A DNA stretch of 64,000 nt from Amphiscolops sp. MND2022 (GCA_964187785.1 OZ076409.1:5520001-5584000), one strand, 5' to 3'. Counted from the first letter of the stretch, positions 1 to 14,021 are shown. Made by a program: numbers and translations. The notes: generated by a model from the sequence alone, not told the origin.

Positions 1-1495
1 TCAAAAGGGTGATCAAATACGGTTCCCCACTTGTGACCTAGCAAATATAGTTTAAACAACTAGAAATGGAAAACTTGATTCTTTTTGTTGGCAACAATCA
101 CCAAAACTGAACAACCTTCGCGACAATGGCTTCAGTTTGCACACTTTTCACTTCTCAGAGATTTATTGTTAACGAAACCCAATTTCAAACAGCTAGAGTC
201 ATCATTGAGCAGCAGAGGGGAAAAAACCAAGATGAAACAGGAGACAAAATTCGGCGTTGAAGTGGGAAATCAAAAGGAAATTTTGCTACCCATTATTCTA
301 TTCGGCAGAAAGGCCGCGTTATCGGTACCAGCAAGTACCATTCTGTAAAAGAAACAGAAGCTTGACCGTGTCTTTGAATGGGGTGATCCACATGATTATT
401 GGTAAGTCGAAGAATTTCATCATTCTGATCTTAAAATGCTACCAATCAACATCAAACGCACTTTGTGCAAACACGATTGCTCATTGGTACCCATCACACA
501 AAATCAAATGGGGGTCTGGACGGAGATGGAATTACTGGATACTTTTTAGGTAGTGGAAAAATATCCGGAGTCGTCAACATCACCACAACCACTAGATGAA
601 GAAAAATCCAAATGGATTGACAAGAAATCTACAACGCCAGACAGCACGCAAAACAACAATTATCAACCAGCAACGACAGCAAATGTGGAAGAAACGCATC
701 GATTAGAAAAGAAACTCATCAAGGGACTGTAATTTGAAACCTATAACTAACTAAGAAATATTCCAACTAACACCCGATTTGAAAGTAAAAAGTTCTGGTA
801 CAAAGCCTTTACAACGCGTTTAAAACTTCAGCGTTTAAAAGATCCAAATGAAACACCAATCTGAGAACATTTAAAAGTCTTGGCCATGAGATTGAGTTTC
901 AATAGCTCACGAGAAAACGGACAATTTTAAATCCACTTTTTGTCACATTTTGAAAAAAACATTGATCAATTTTCAAGAAATAAAAAAATGGAACCATAAA
1001 GAAATCTCTTTTTGCAGTGAAAGGTAAGCAGATACCATTGGTACTGTCCGTTGGACGCTGGCAGCCTTCAGTGTTGCGATAAATGATTCAACGAAAAAGG
1101 TCATTTTTCTCAAAACGGCTGGTCTGATTGAGCTCAAAATTGGTGTGAAAATGCGCGAGATGATTCCGGAAAAATCAATTTTAAAAAGGGGGTACATGCA
1201 ATTTTCATTTTTGATTTGAAAATAACAGTTACCTTTTTTGAAGGAGGATTGTTTGAGCAAAACTCAAAATGACTCAGGTAAATATCATAAAAAGAACGCT
1301 AGCTCAAAAAAGATGTGTAAATTTTCCAGGAAAACTTGGCACCTGGACAACCATAAAAGGAAAAATACAAATAATTCAGTGAATCCAAAGTTCTGAAGGT
1401 TACCATAAACAGAAAGCTCTTCCAGGACGTGAACCGGATATTGTGATGTTCATTCACTCGATCGAGTATGGCATTCCAAAACATACTCTGGTTGA

Positions 1496-2460
1496 AAATG
1501 GGTGTTCAATGCGATATTTGTTTCAAGACGTTTCAAAACTCTTGAACTTGTTTCGGCATTAACATACTTTGCATTAATGCAAACCAATAAAATAAATCAT
1601 ACATTTGCAGTAATTGTGAATTCCATCAGATACACAACTTTCCGGTGGTGAATCAATGCTGCTATTGTGAAAGTTTTTACAGAGATACCACTGAGTATAC
1701 AACCCATTTTGAAACTTTCCATTATTTACCAGTCAACTTTACCAAAAAACTACAAATCATTAAAAAAAGTACTGTTTATCAACCAGTAGAATCAGCTTTT
1801 GATGGATCTCTAAACACCTTTCAACTGGATGGAAAATCACTTCGATTGATTTATTTGAAAAGCTGTATCAACAAAAAAGTAACTCCAAAATCTTGTTCGT
1901 GAAAAAGTTCACAATGGTCCGAAAAAACTTCAGCTGACTGACCCATTGAAATTGGCAAAGCCCAAACTGAACGAAACGTCTGAAAACACCTTAACAAAAT
2001 TCATCAATTCTGACTGTTTAACAGTATAGTTCTTTGGAATTACCGACGAGGACTATTATCGTTTATTGGAGCAACTCACAACACGTTTGTTTTGTTTTGC
2101 ATCGCATGGTAGTGGATGGATTTTGTTGGAGAGTTTTGTAACAAAATTTTCATCATTCTCAACCTTAACGATGAGAATTGTTTTTTAAACTGCTTCACAG
2201 CCGCCTATCATTTATACATCAACAAACAATCTTCTGATTTTGTCCTGCTAATGGAGAAGCAAAACAAATCTAGAAACGTACAATACCAGAGAAAATCCTT
2301 TAGCCAAAAAGCATTAGAGGAAATTCTCAATGCCAGTACCCTTCAATCAAATTGAGTGGTTCGAAAAAATTAACAAAGTCCAAATCAGTGTCTTCCCGAT
2401 TCGAGAAAAAGGAAAATTCAAAAAGTTCCATCATGGACCTGGTGCTTTTATCAGAGAGTA
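1496..2460 (+). pseudogene. Relic N-terminal part of a Polinton-type protein-primed DNA polymerase B (different family from the 13.6-37 kb element)
   Basis: Zinc-finger-like QCDICFKTF and CCYCESF..Y..HFETFH, then ESAFDG, HGSGW, N.DENCFLNCF.AA.H and MPVPFNQIEWFEKINKVQISVF. Same motif order as the pPolB N-terminus at 30337-31179 (EGSGF; FPMKVIDTPKFERLNRLNINVF). Frameshifted and truncated. Confidence 0.65.
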
Positions 2461-2961
2461 CTGTTACGCAAAATCGACTACTGAAAGGGAAAAAAGAGCC
2501 AAAAAATCCAAAACTACAGGACTGTCGGGTTCACAAACCTAACGGGCACAGCCAAATCGAGGCTTATTCCAATGCTAATGACAGTGTGGCAAAACTTTGC
2601 TCCCATTTTGGCCTGTCGTACCACTTTCCCACTTTCTGAGGTGATCCTCTTGGTCAATTTGTGAAAAAAGTAGTCAAAAGCATTGTTTTTTTTCGTGAGT
2701 AGTGTCCATACAGGGGTAAAACCTCGAGTAAGCCTGCACGCTTCAATTTGACCATTTCAGTGACCTTGTGGACACTCACTGACAGAGATTGTCAAGTTTG
2801 GTGTCGATTTGGGTGGCACTTGTGGAGAAAATGGCAAAAACTGGCCACACAAAAAGGTGTGCAAAAAGTCTGTTTTTTTTTCGTAATTTTTTTTCAAGCC
2901 TAAGTAACCCAGGCACGTTAGCCGAACGGTGGGGACAAATTGTTACCAACCACCATTATTT

Positions 2962-5900
2962 GTGCTAGCTACTACGTTGTTTCAGAGAGATCTTTCTAGT
3001 TTTTTGCAGTATATCGCAATCTTGGAAAAGGCGTGAAAAACAGTGTTTTTTGGCACATAGTGTACCACACGTCTGTACCAAGGTGATGTTGTGTAGAACA
3101 AGCAGAGTCCAAATCTGTGTTCATTTCCGTAATTTTACGTGTACCTGCAATCTACTGGTCAGTTTTGGGCTCAATCCGATGCCTCTGATGCAAACACGAG
3201 CCACTTGAGTGTTGTCACGGAATTTTCGGAAAATTTCAAAGTTCTTGTAAAAGTGTCCTGTTAGTGCCTGGAGACAAAACATCCAAAACCAGGTTAATTT
3301 TCTAGCCAAGTGTGCTTGTGAGAAACCGCTGTGCAAGTAAGAACGGGCTATGAGCCTAAAAACGTGTTTCTGAAAATCTGGGACACTAAACGATGTCATT
3401 TTGCTCAAGTCCTCACCGAGACGAGCTGTGGGCTACATTCTTGAGGAGACCCCCTGTGAGACAATGAGCTTCTATCTGACTATTGAATTAGCGACGTGGG
3501 AGCCTACTGGCAGCGCCTGCTAAGTTTGGTTGTCGATTGGTACAGTACTCGTTGAGAAATTGACGAAAACAAACTGCTCAGAAAGGTGCGCAGAAAAGCG
3601 ATTTTTTTTTCGAAGTTTTGTGGGATTGCCTGATCATCTTATTCAAAGAGTGGGGCCAAATTGCTGCCCACTATCGTAACCAATTGAAAATGTTGTATCG
3701 TTGCCAAAAACGTGCCTGAGTGCTCTTCGTAGTGAGCGCCGGGATCTTGGTTGACACGTGAAAAACAATGTATATTGGAACACAGTGATATCGAACGTCT
3801 GTCGTGAGTTGAAATTTCACCTAGTAAACCAAGCCCACATCATCAATTATTCCCTTGTACCTCAACTTACGAGGGATTGTCTGGTCGAGTTTGAAGCCGA
3901 TCCTACGTTTTTGGCGTGAGCGCTAGCCACTTGAGTTTTTTTTCCAGTGAATCTGAAAACAAAAAAAAAATTACAAAAAAACTCTGACCTGCGACTGGAT
4001 CCTAACACCCCAATTCTGGACTCTTTTTTCGGGTCAGTGCATCAATCCTGAAGTACTGTATACTTTTCAGCACGCTACAACTCTTGGAACTAAATTCGAC
4101 ACTTCTCAGACGTGCATCATACTCATTGTTTCAGTTTATGGTTTCACCGAGACGAAAATTAGGGAACAGGGGAAAAACCAGTTCTACGTGTCGAAAACCT
4201 GTGGAACCCCTTAGTTCGAGCTTCTAGTTGTTCGTTCATTGCTGTACGTGTGAATTTTGATAAAAATCGGGTAGTCTGTCTAGCTGGATCGTAGCATTTT
4301 ATTACTTGAAATTGTGATATCATGTGTATTGTAACGATTTGGACTTTTTTTTGGATTTGTCGGCGCATCTTCTTAGAAAGTTAGGAATACATTGCTGTGG
4401 AATATTCATAATAGTGTCATTTGGTGCATCGCTGCAGAAAAAGTGAGCTTGAAAGCTCAGCACTGTGGATGAGAGTCTTTGATTGCACTTGAAAAATCGT
4501 GTCAATTGAGACCCGGTGATACGAACGCCTCTACCAGATTTAAATCTCAGTGGTCTGAGGTTTCATTGGTTGTTACTGTAGTGTACCTGGCTATACGTTT
4601 GATTGCGTGAACACTTGGTAGCCTGATACCACGTTTCCAGCACTTGTACAAGCCACTTGAGTGTTTTTCGAAAAAAATGAGAAATCCAAGTCACTGAAAA
4701 AGACTCTAGCTTATAGTTGGAGGCTATTATCAGTTTCCGAAAGCCACTTTTCGAACTTGTATGGCTGACAAACAAATTGTGTTGTGTAGTTTTCTATCCT
4801 TCTATCCTGTACGATTGATATGACTGTGCTCAGACATGCATTTTTAAAAAAAACCCGAAAAAACAAAAGCTATTATTGTAAATCCTCAATACTTCCGCTG
4901 TACAGGAGGCAGACCCAAAGCCTTCATTTTCCAACGGAAGGGACCCAATAAAAATTCTTGGGTGCAAAAAGGCAAATCTCAGGGTTCAAAAAAATTGCCA
5001 GCAGGGGTCCTAGTTTTTGGACTCCTCTGGTACTTTTAAATTTAGAAAGCCCAAGTCAGCAGTTTCAAGTGCCTGCGACGCACTCTGGACTAGTTTTTTT
5101 TCAGAGAAAACCTCTTAGCGTTACGCTGTGAGACTGCACAAGGTTTTGCATCTTCAAAAAAGACCCTGAGCCATCAGATCAGACGTAGCCAAAATCACGA
5201 GATTTTGAAAGGAGCAACTTCCTAGTGACGAAAAGTTTGACAGAATTGCCCCAGTGTGAAATCTTTCTGATCAGCTTGGCGCCTTGATTTGGTGTTCTTC
5301 CGTAGTAACAAGTAGAATAAGCACCGAATATTACCTCAACGTTGCCGAAAAAAGTTTTGGGTAAACACAGCATACCCAAATCCATTGAGTTTGAGAGTTC
5401 AATAAACCGCTCGACTGACTGTTTGGTGCGCACTATCCAACTTGCCTGCAGCGACTGGTTCCAGAGCAAATTTTTTGTAGCCCATCGACCAGCGTGTAAA
5501 GTGTTGAGCCGTTTTCAGCTCGCTGTGGCCGCTAGAACATCTCTTGACTTTGCCCTGACACTGAATTTGGGTACACAGGTGGTTCTAGTGTAGCAGTTCG
5601 GAACATCTACAGCTGAAACGAAACATTGGAAAGTCTTCCACCGCCTCGGTTCCTTTTTTAAAGGCGGAGAGGGTGTCAGTGCAGCACAACCAATCAATGA
5701 ACCAGTCGTGAAGATGGAGAAGGGGTCCCAAATGATAGATGATCATGACCAATCAATGAAGGTAGAGGTTTTGAACTTTGAAAACTGGCCTTTGGATAGT
5801 TTCAAAATTGTCTCCTAGTTTCTAGACTCAATGCCACGTAACTCTCAAGAGACGGAGAGGAGCATAAGGACTTCTAGTTCTGGTTCAGTATCGTCGTCGA

Positions 5901-8046
5901 AAAGATCATCTCTCCGTAAAATCAGTATTCAGATAAAAGAGGTAGACAACCAAAAATTAGGGGCCCAGGAGCAGCAGATGGGAGAGGTATCAATCTTGTC
6001 GGCACAAAACGGACTACGCACAGAGAAACTGCTAGCTCGAGCGCTAGCACAAATGCAGTCGATATGTGCAGATGAGCAGGTACACCCTAAAAGTGCCACT
6101 ATCAATATTCCAAACGAAAACGAAGCAGAACCATTGGCACCCGCCAACAAAAGTCGTGGGGGTGGGCGCAGTTTCTCTGGACACTACAACCATGGGTGTT
6201 GCTGACACGTTGCCGCATTATCACACCAGTGACAATGGGTTTCCCGAGCGCATCCCCTTTTCAAGTGATACGAAGAACGATGTCAATCTCACCCTCCACT
6301 TTCTTATCAAAGGTGGAAAATGAAGTGCCCTTATTTCCCAATTCTTGCTCTGTAACAATTTGCGGAACAAGAAGTCTGTGTGCCAAAGCTGTGTTGGAAG
6401 CTAAAACAGCGTCAACATTAAACCTCGAAGATCAACTATCAACAAATCCAAAGGTTTCTGTAAGCAACCCCGACTTCCCTGGAACAATGTTCCTAATAAC
6501 AACTTCGCAGTTGCTACCGAAATTGTTGAATTGTTCCATTGAGCCACCTTCTGCTGATTGTGGCGTACAGAATTTTATTCAGATGGACCTATCAATCTTT
6601 ATCACGTGGCGGACTGGTGGTTCAGCTGAAACTCGAGATCAACTGGTCGGAGACGTGGTCGACCACCGCGCAAAGACTGTGAACACTCATTACAAAAAGT
6701 TCTGGTGTCCCTTGATGATGGACGTCGCCGTGGCCGTCTACCACGCCCATTTCTTCTTCTACCATGGTATCACCAACCAAACAGACATAGGCGTGGCTTT
6801 CCTCCGAACATTTATCCCAGTCATGAGTCAGACCCAGTCTCAATTCTCCTCTTTATTGGATGTCCTGATGCTTCATGCTTGTTGCATGCCCTGCTGCTAT
6901 CGAATGATAATGTCTATCCACAGTCCAAACCACACTCCACTTTCTTTCAATGGGGGAGGAGGTGTCGTCAACGCTTAATTTATCCTTCTACTTTTTTTGT
7001 GTCTGGCATTCAGTTTTGTCCATTTATCACAATCCTCATGTGAAAGAAGGTACCAAAAGATTAAGGCCCGGGGAGTCAACTAAGGCCAACGGAGCCCAAG
7101 TGGAGGATAATCAACCCCCGTCAACCTCAATGGAAATGGACGACGCCCTGAGGATTTCATTACCTTTGGTAATGGACACTTGGCAGTATGACGCTCTTTC
7201 AAGCAGCTACTTCTTGCCGACGCTTTAGTTTTAGTCATGTAAACGTCGGCATGTTTTTGTTTCTTTGCCTTTGAGACCTCTGACACGAAGTACTTTTCTG
7301 AATGCTGTAACTAACTCAAAAACTCCAAATGTATCGCTACGCCAGAAAGGTGCTATTTTTGTTTTTGTGCAATTTTCCCAAGGTTTCCAGCAGTTTCCTT
7401 CAGATGTCAACGTGATATCCAGAAAGAAAGAAGAGCTCGCCCGCTCCAGATACTTGAATCCCGGTATTTTCTCTATTGTTGTCTTTTTTATCTAGTGCTT
7501 ACTCTAATGAGCAGTTCGTAGATTGTTTTTCATGCGCTCCTTCACAGATACTACTGAATTTTTTACAGGTATGGAGCTGCACATCCGTGCGTGTTGCCCA
7601 AACAAAGCCGAACTGTAAAAAATGAATCAAAGAAACAGCTTGTCTTCCTTTCAAACAGTGGTTGATCCGCTGAAAAGAAGTTTTATCGAGAATATGTTTT
7701 CAGCTTTGCTGCAAACTGAACTTTTACTGCCGTGGAAAAAATGTTTTTAATGAGAACCACGTGCGTTTTGGAGCTTGAGTGCTCCGTAAAAAATTTTAGG
7801 CAACCAAAAAACCAAAGTGCTAGCAGAAATCTAGTCCAATTTGGCGCGGGAAACTCGTGCTAACAAATCGGTGCTCCTAGGTTGATGTATGGAATTTTGC
7901 GTTTGATCAGTTTCAAGGTGCATTTTTGAGTACTTGTTTTTTACCTCGAGAGCTACCTCTGTTTCAACAGTTTGTGTACGATCCAGGGTCTCTGGATGGC
8001 AAGAAGCAAGATTTCATTGGGTGATTATACCTCCGATAACGGCAGG
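2962..8046. repeat. Tandem segmental duplication, copy 1 (~5.1 kb)
   Basis: GTGCTAGCTACTACGTTGTT starts at both 2962 and 8047; the two units are colinear with indels through ...CTCCGATAAC. Confidence 0.92.
5342..6978 (+). pseudogene. Decayed unknown protein gene in repeat copy 1
   Basis: Chain of overlapping ORFs (5342, 5831, 6066, 6196; longest 260 aa) that join via frameshifts; ends ...LHACCMPCCYRM...; no family recognised. Confidence 0.4.
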
Positions 8047-11000
8047 GTGCTAGCTACTACGTTGTTGCAGAGATTTTGAGCTTGCTAGCTCTTTCCAGTA
8101 TATCGAAATCTTGAAACAGGCGTGAAAAACAGTGTATTTTGGCACATAGTGTACCACACGTCTGTACCTAGGTGATGTTGTGTAGAACGAGCAGAGTCCA
8201 AATCTGTGTTCATTTCCGTAATTTTACGTGTACCTGCAATCTACTGGTCAATTTTGGGCTCAATCCGATGCGTCTGAAAATCGGATTCGATATTTCTGAA
8301 AATCTGGGACACTAAACGATGTCATTTTGCTCAAGTCCTCACCGAGACGAGCTGTGGGCTAAATTCTTGAGGAGACCCCCTGTGAGACAATGAGTTTCTA
8401 TCTGACTATTGAAATAGCGATGTGGGAGCCTACTGGCAGCGCCTGCTAAGTTTGGTTGTCGATTGTGACAGTACTCGGTGAGAAATTGACGAAAACAAAC
8501 TGCTCAGAAAGGTGCGCAGAAAAGCGATCTTTTTTCGAAGTTTTGTGGGATTGCCTGATCATCTTATTCAAAGAGTGGGGCCAAATTGCTGCCCACTATC
8601 GTAACAAATTGAAAATGTTGGATCGTTGCCAAAAAACGTGCCTGAGTGCTCTTCGTAGTGAGCGCCGGGATCTTTGTTGACACGTGAAAAACTATGTATA
8701 TTGGAACACAGTGATATCGAACGTCTGTCCTGAGTTGAAATTTCACCTAGTAAACCAAGCCCAAATCACCAATTATTCCCTTGTACCTCAACTTACGAGG
8801 GATTGTCTGGTCGAGTTTGAAGCCGATCCTACGTTTTTGGCGTGAGCGCTAGCCACTTGAGTTTTTTTCCAGTGAATCTGAAAAACAAAAAAAATTACAA
8901 AAAAAACTCTGACCTGCGACTGGATCCTAACACCCCAATTCTGGACTCTTTTTTCGGGTCAGTGCATCAATCCTGAAGTACTGTATACTTTTCAGCACGC
9001 TACAACTCTTGGAACTAAATTCGACACTTCTCAGACGTGCATCATACTCATTGTTTCAGTTTATGGTTTCACCGAGATGAAAACTAGGGAACAAGGAAAA
9101 AGCCAGTTCTACGTGTCGGAAACCTGTGGAACCCCCTGGTTCGAGCTTATAGTTGTTTGTTCATTGCGGTACGTGTGAATTTTGATCAAAATCGGCTAGT
9201 CTGTCTAGCTTGATTACAGCATTTTGTTACTTGAAGTTGTGATATCATGTGTATTGTAACGAATTGGACAATTTTTTTGGTATTGTCGGCGCATCTCCCT
9301 AGAAAGATGGTATTACATTGCTATGGAATTCTCCTTTCAGTGTTATTTGATGCACCGCTGCTGAAAAAGTGAGCTTAAAAGCTCAGCAGTGTGGACGAGA
9401 GTCTTTGATTGCACTTAAAAAATCGTGTCAATCGAGACACGGTGATACGGAACGCCTCCACCAGATTTAAATCTAGCCCAGTGTGTTTGGGTTTTCAGTG
9501 GTTGTCACTGTAGTGTACCTGGCTATACGTGTGATTGCTGTGATTGCGTGACCATTTGGTAGCCTGAGGCCACGTTTCCAGCACTTGTACAAGCCACTTG
9601 AGTGTTTTTCGAAAAAAAATTGAAAAAACCAAGTCACTGAAAAAGACTCTAGCTTGTAGCTGGAGGCAATTATCAGTTTCGGGAAGCCACTTTTTGAACT
9701 TGTATGGCTGACAAATTGTGTTTCCCAAAAAGGGACCGGCAGGGGTCATAGTTTTTGGACTCTTCTGGTACTTTGAAATTTGATCATGAAAAAGCCCTAG
9801 TCAGCTGTTTCAAGTGCCTGCGACGCACTCTGGATTATTTTTTTAGAGAACACCTCTAAGCGTTACGCTGTGAGCCTGCACATGGTTTTGCATCTTCAAA
9901 AAAGACCCTGAACTATCAGACGTATCCAAAATCACGAGATTGTGAAAGGTGCAACTTCCGAGTGACGAAAAGTTTGACCAAATTGCCCCAGTGTGAAATC
10001 TTTCTGAACAGTCTGGTGCCTTAATTTGTGTTATTTCGTAGTATCAAGTAGCATAAGCACCGAATATTACGTCAAGGTTGCAGAGAACTCTTCTGGGTAA
10101 TCGCAGTATACCCAAATGCATTGAGGTTGAGAGGTCAATAAACCGCTCGACTGACTGTTTGGTGCGCACTATCCAAGTTGGCTGCAGCAAGTGGTTCCAG
10201 AGCAATTTTTTTCCAGCCCACCGAGCAGCGTGCAAAGTGTTGAGCAGTTTTCAGCACGCTGTAGCCGCTAGAACATCTCTTGACTTTGCTCTGACACTGA
10301 ATGTTCTCGTGTATGACACTGAATACACAGGTGGTTCTAGTGTAGCAGTTCGGAACATCTACAGCTGAAATGAAACATTGGAAAGTCTCCCACCGCGTCC
10401 GTTCCTTTTTAAAGACAGAGAGGGTGTCAGTGCAGCACAACCAATCGAAGAACCAGTCGTGAAGGTGGAAAACGGATTCCAAAAGATAGTTGATCACGAC
10501 CGATCAATGAAGATAGAGGATTTAAACTTTGAAAACTGGCCTTTGGGGGATGGTTTCAAATTTGTCTCCAAGTTTCTAGACTCAATGCCATGTAACTCTC
10601 AGGTTACCGAGACGGAGAGGAGCACAAAGACTTCCAGTCCTAGTTCAGTATCGTCGTCGAAAAGATCATCTCTCCGTAAAACCAGTGTTCAGGTAAAAGA
10701 GATCCACGACCAAAAATTAGATGCCCAGGAGCAGCAGATGGGTGAGATATGAGTCTTGTTGGCAGAAATCGGACTACGCAGAGAGAAACTGCTAGCTCGA
10801 GCGCTAGCACAAATGCAGTCGATAAGTGCAGACGAGCAGGTACACCTTAAGAGTGCCACTATCAGTATTCCAAACGAAAACTAAGCAGAACCATTGACAC
10901 CGCCAACAAAAGTCGTGGGGGTGGACCCAGTTTCTCTGCACACTACAACCATGGGTATTGCTGACACGTTGCCCCATTATCACACCAGTGACAATGGGTT

Positions 11001-12805
11001 GCTCGAGCGCATCCCTTACTCAAGTTATACGAAGAACGAACGAATGTCAATCTCATCCTCCACTTTCTTATCAAAGGTGGAAAATGGAGTGCCCTTAATT
11101 ATTCCCAATTCTTGCTCTGTAACAATTTGCGGAACAAGAAGTCTGTCAGCCAAAGCTGTGTTGGAAGCTAAAACAGCGTCAACACTAAACCTCGAAGATC
11201 AGCTATCACAAATCTAAAGGTTTCTGTAAGCAACCCTGACTTCCCAGGAACAATGTCCCAAATAACAACTACGCAGTTGCTACAGTATTTGTTGAAATAT
11301 TCTCTTGAGCTGATTGTGGTGCACAGGATTTTATTCAGATGGATCCAACAATCTTTATCACGTGGCTGACTGGTGGTTCAGCTGAAACTCGAGATCAACT
11401 GGTCGGAGACGTGGTCGACCACCGCGCAAAGACTGTGAACACTCATTACAAAAACTTTTGGTGTTCCTTTATGATGGACGTCGCCGTGGCCGTTCACCGC
11501 ACCCATTTCTTCTACTACCATGGTATCATCGACATTAAAGGACATAGACGAGGCTGTCCTCCGAACAACTATCCCAGTCCTGAGACAGACGCAGTCTCAA
11601 TTCTCTTCTTTATTGGATGTCCTGATGCTTCATGCCTGTTGCATGCCCTGCTGCTATCGAGTGATGATGTCTATCCACAGTCCAATCCACACTCCGCTTC
11701 TTTTCAAGCGGGGAGGTGTCGCCAACGCTTAATTTATCCTCCTGCATTGTTTGTGTCGGGCATTCGGTTTTGTCCATTCATCACTATCCTCATGTGAAAA
11801 AAAGTGCCAAAAGATTAAGGCCCGGGGAGTCAACTAAGGCCCGCAAAGCCCAAGTGGAGAATAATAAACCCCCGTCAACCTCAGTGTAAATGGACGACGC
11901 CCTGAGGATTTCATTGCCTTTGGTAATGTACACTTGGCAGTATGACGCTTTTCAAGCAGCTACTTCTTGCCGACGCTTTCGTTTTAGTAATTTAAACGTC
12001 GGCATATTTTTGTTTCTTTGCCTTTGAGACCTCTGATACGAAGTTCATCTATGAATGCAGTAACTGACCCAAAAACTCCAAATGTATCGCTACGCCAGAA
12101 AGGTGCTATTTTTGTTTCTGTGCAATTTTCCCAGGGTTTCCAGCAGTTTCCTTCAGATGTCAACGTGATATCCAGAAAGAAAGAAGAGCTCGCGCGCTCC
12201 AGATACTTGAATCACGGGATTTTCTCTTTTGTTGTCTTTTTTATCTAGTGCTTACTGTAATGAGCAGTTCGTAGATTGTTTTTCATGCGCTCCTTCACAG
12301 ATACTACTGAATTTTATACAGGTATGGAGCTGCACATCCGTGCGTGTTGTCCAAACAAAGCCGAACTGTAAAAAAAGTACCGAAGAAACAACTTGTTGCC
12401 CTTTTAAACAGTGGTTGTTCCGCTGAAAAGAAGTTTTATCGGGAATACATTTTCAACTTTGCTGCAAACTGAACTTTTACTGCCGTGGAAAAGATGTTTT
12501 TAATGAGAACCACGTGCGTTTTGGAGCTTGAGAGCTCCGTAAAAAAATTTTAGGCAACCAAAATATCAAAGTGCCAGCCGAATTCTATTCCAATTTGGCG
12601 CGGGAAACTCGTGCTAACAAATCGGTGCTCCTAGATTGATGTATGGAATTTTGCGTTTGATCAGTTTCAAGGTGCATTTTTGAGTACTTGTTTTCTAGCT
12701 CGAGAGCTACTTCTGTTTCAACAGTTTGTGGACGATGCAAGATCTCTGGATGGCAGAAAGCAAGACTTTATTTATTGGGGGATCATAACTCCGATAACCG
12801 CACGG
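8047..12805. repeat. Tandem segmental duplication, copy 2 (~4.8 kb)
   Basis: Colinear with 2962-8046; paired ORFs 7265/12018, 5342/10078 and 6705/11339. Confidence 0.92.
10078..11732 (+). pseudogene. Decayed unknown protein gene in repeat copy 2
   Basis: Homologous ORF chain 10078, 10378, 10894, 11339, 11520 with different lesions from copy 1. Confidence 0.4.
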
Positions 12806-12958
12806 TTCCCAAACTCCGGATCACACCAATATTGGTCCCTATTGATCACACCATTATCCTATTGATTCCCATGATCACTAAATCCTAATGATAACTCCAA
12901 TAAACTTCAGGGTTACCCAATTACCGAAAGATGACAGTGCAACTGTACCCTTGCAACA

Positions 12959-13051
12959 TCACCAATTTGAGCTCCCAGTGGATTGCAATGATGATGTGGC
13001 GATGTATTCAATGCCAGCTTCTCCACATGACAGGGTCGTCATGCATAAACC
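12959..13051 (-). pseudogene. Candidate downstream (damaged or terminal) exon of the kelch gene
   Basis: Acceptor cttccag|G at 13052/13051 is phase-compatible with exon 37562-37753 and gives LDDM-VYA. Removing a 14-nt insertion gives VYACGEAGIEYIATSSLQSTGSSNW, which is kelch-like. Confidence 0.35.
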
Positions 13052-13651
13052 CTGGAAGTGATGTAACGGCAAGCTCTGGTACGGCCAATTTTGCAACTTT
13101 GACATGTTCAAAAATTTTGTAAAAATTTCTACTTCGATGTGTGACGTAGAACTGATCATGTAATTGCACTTTTCGCTGTTTTTGCCATTTTCAATGCAAA
13201 ACGAAGACGGGGGCAGACCGAGCGAGAACACAGCGAACGAGATGGCCTAAGAGCCCATAGAGACTGTAAAAATTCATAGAATGACTCTGTTTTGGTGCTA
13301 ATACACGGTTGGTGCTAATATAGCGGAAACCGTAAAAATGAGTCCTTTAGCCTAAAGATCATTGTTTGGTACTTGGAGTCCCTGCGCCCCAGCTTGTACC
13401 TGCGTGGTAACTTATTCGTGCCTGTTTTCATTTATTTTTATTAAATTTGGCTGTATTTACTAGCTCTAGCGCTAGTTCAGATATTATTCCGCGATTTTAG
13501 ATCTTATTCCCCATGTCACCCTAGAACTGAAAATTCACCTTATTCTTGGCGTTGTTTTTATGTGCTAGTTAAATGGTGGTCTCTAGAGAGTCATGAAGAT
13601 TCCTGTTACTTTTAGCAATCGAAGACTAGGATCGGTTGGACAGTATTCGTC

Positions 13652-14021
13652 AGTAGTATAGGAAATCCCGTGCCTGATATTACCAGTCATCAAATTAAGC
13701 ATTGTTTCAAGAAAAATCATTAAAAATTAGCGTTTGTTGCAACTGAAAAGTAACAAAAGCCAAAATCACTGAACAAAAATGTTCATTACACAAAGGAGCT
13801 CCGCTTGCACAAACGGTGGAAATGTTTGTCACAAGGAAAATTTCTCTAACTTCTATTGTAGTATGGTAGTAATAATTTTAAAAGCTTCAAAACACCATAA
13901 GGAATCTCTCGATGTGCATCCAAGTGGTAACACACACCAAAGCTGGCCTCGCATGCGAAGCGCATTTGGCACAAGTGTTTGATAAAATAACCACCATGCA
14001 ATTTTTCAGCGCATAGATATT
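13652..14021 (+). repeat. Polinton left terminal inverted repeat
   Basis: Reverse-complement match to 31706-32074 and to 36690-37059; AGTAGT terminus. Confidence 0.92.

Noticed and set aside
1..1490. Short ORFs at the window start
   Set aside because: Look like decayed coding DNA, but no family could be recognised
7265..7495. 76-aa ORF intact in both tandem copies (also 12018-12248)
   Set aside because: Non-ATG start and no motif; persistence is explained by the duplication itself
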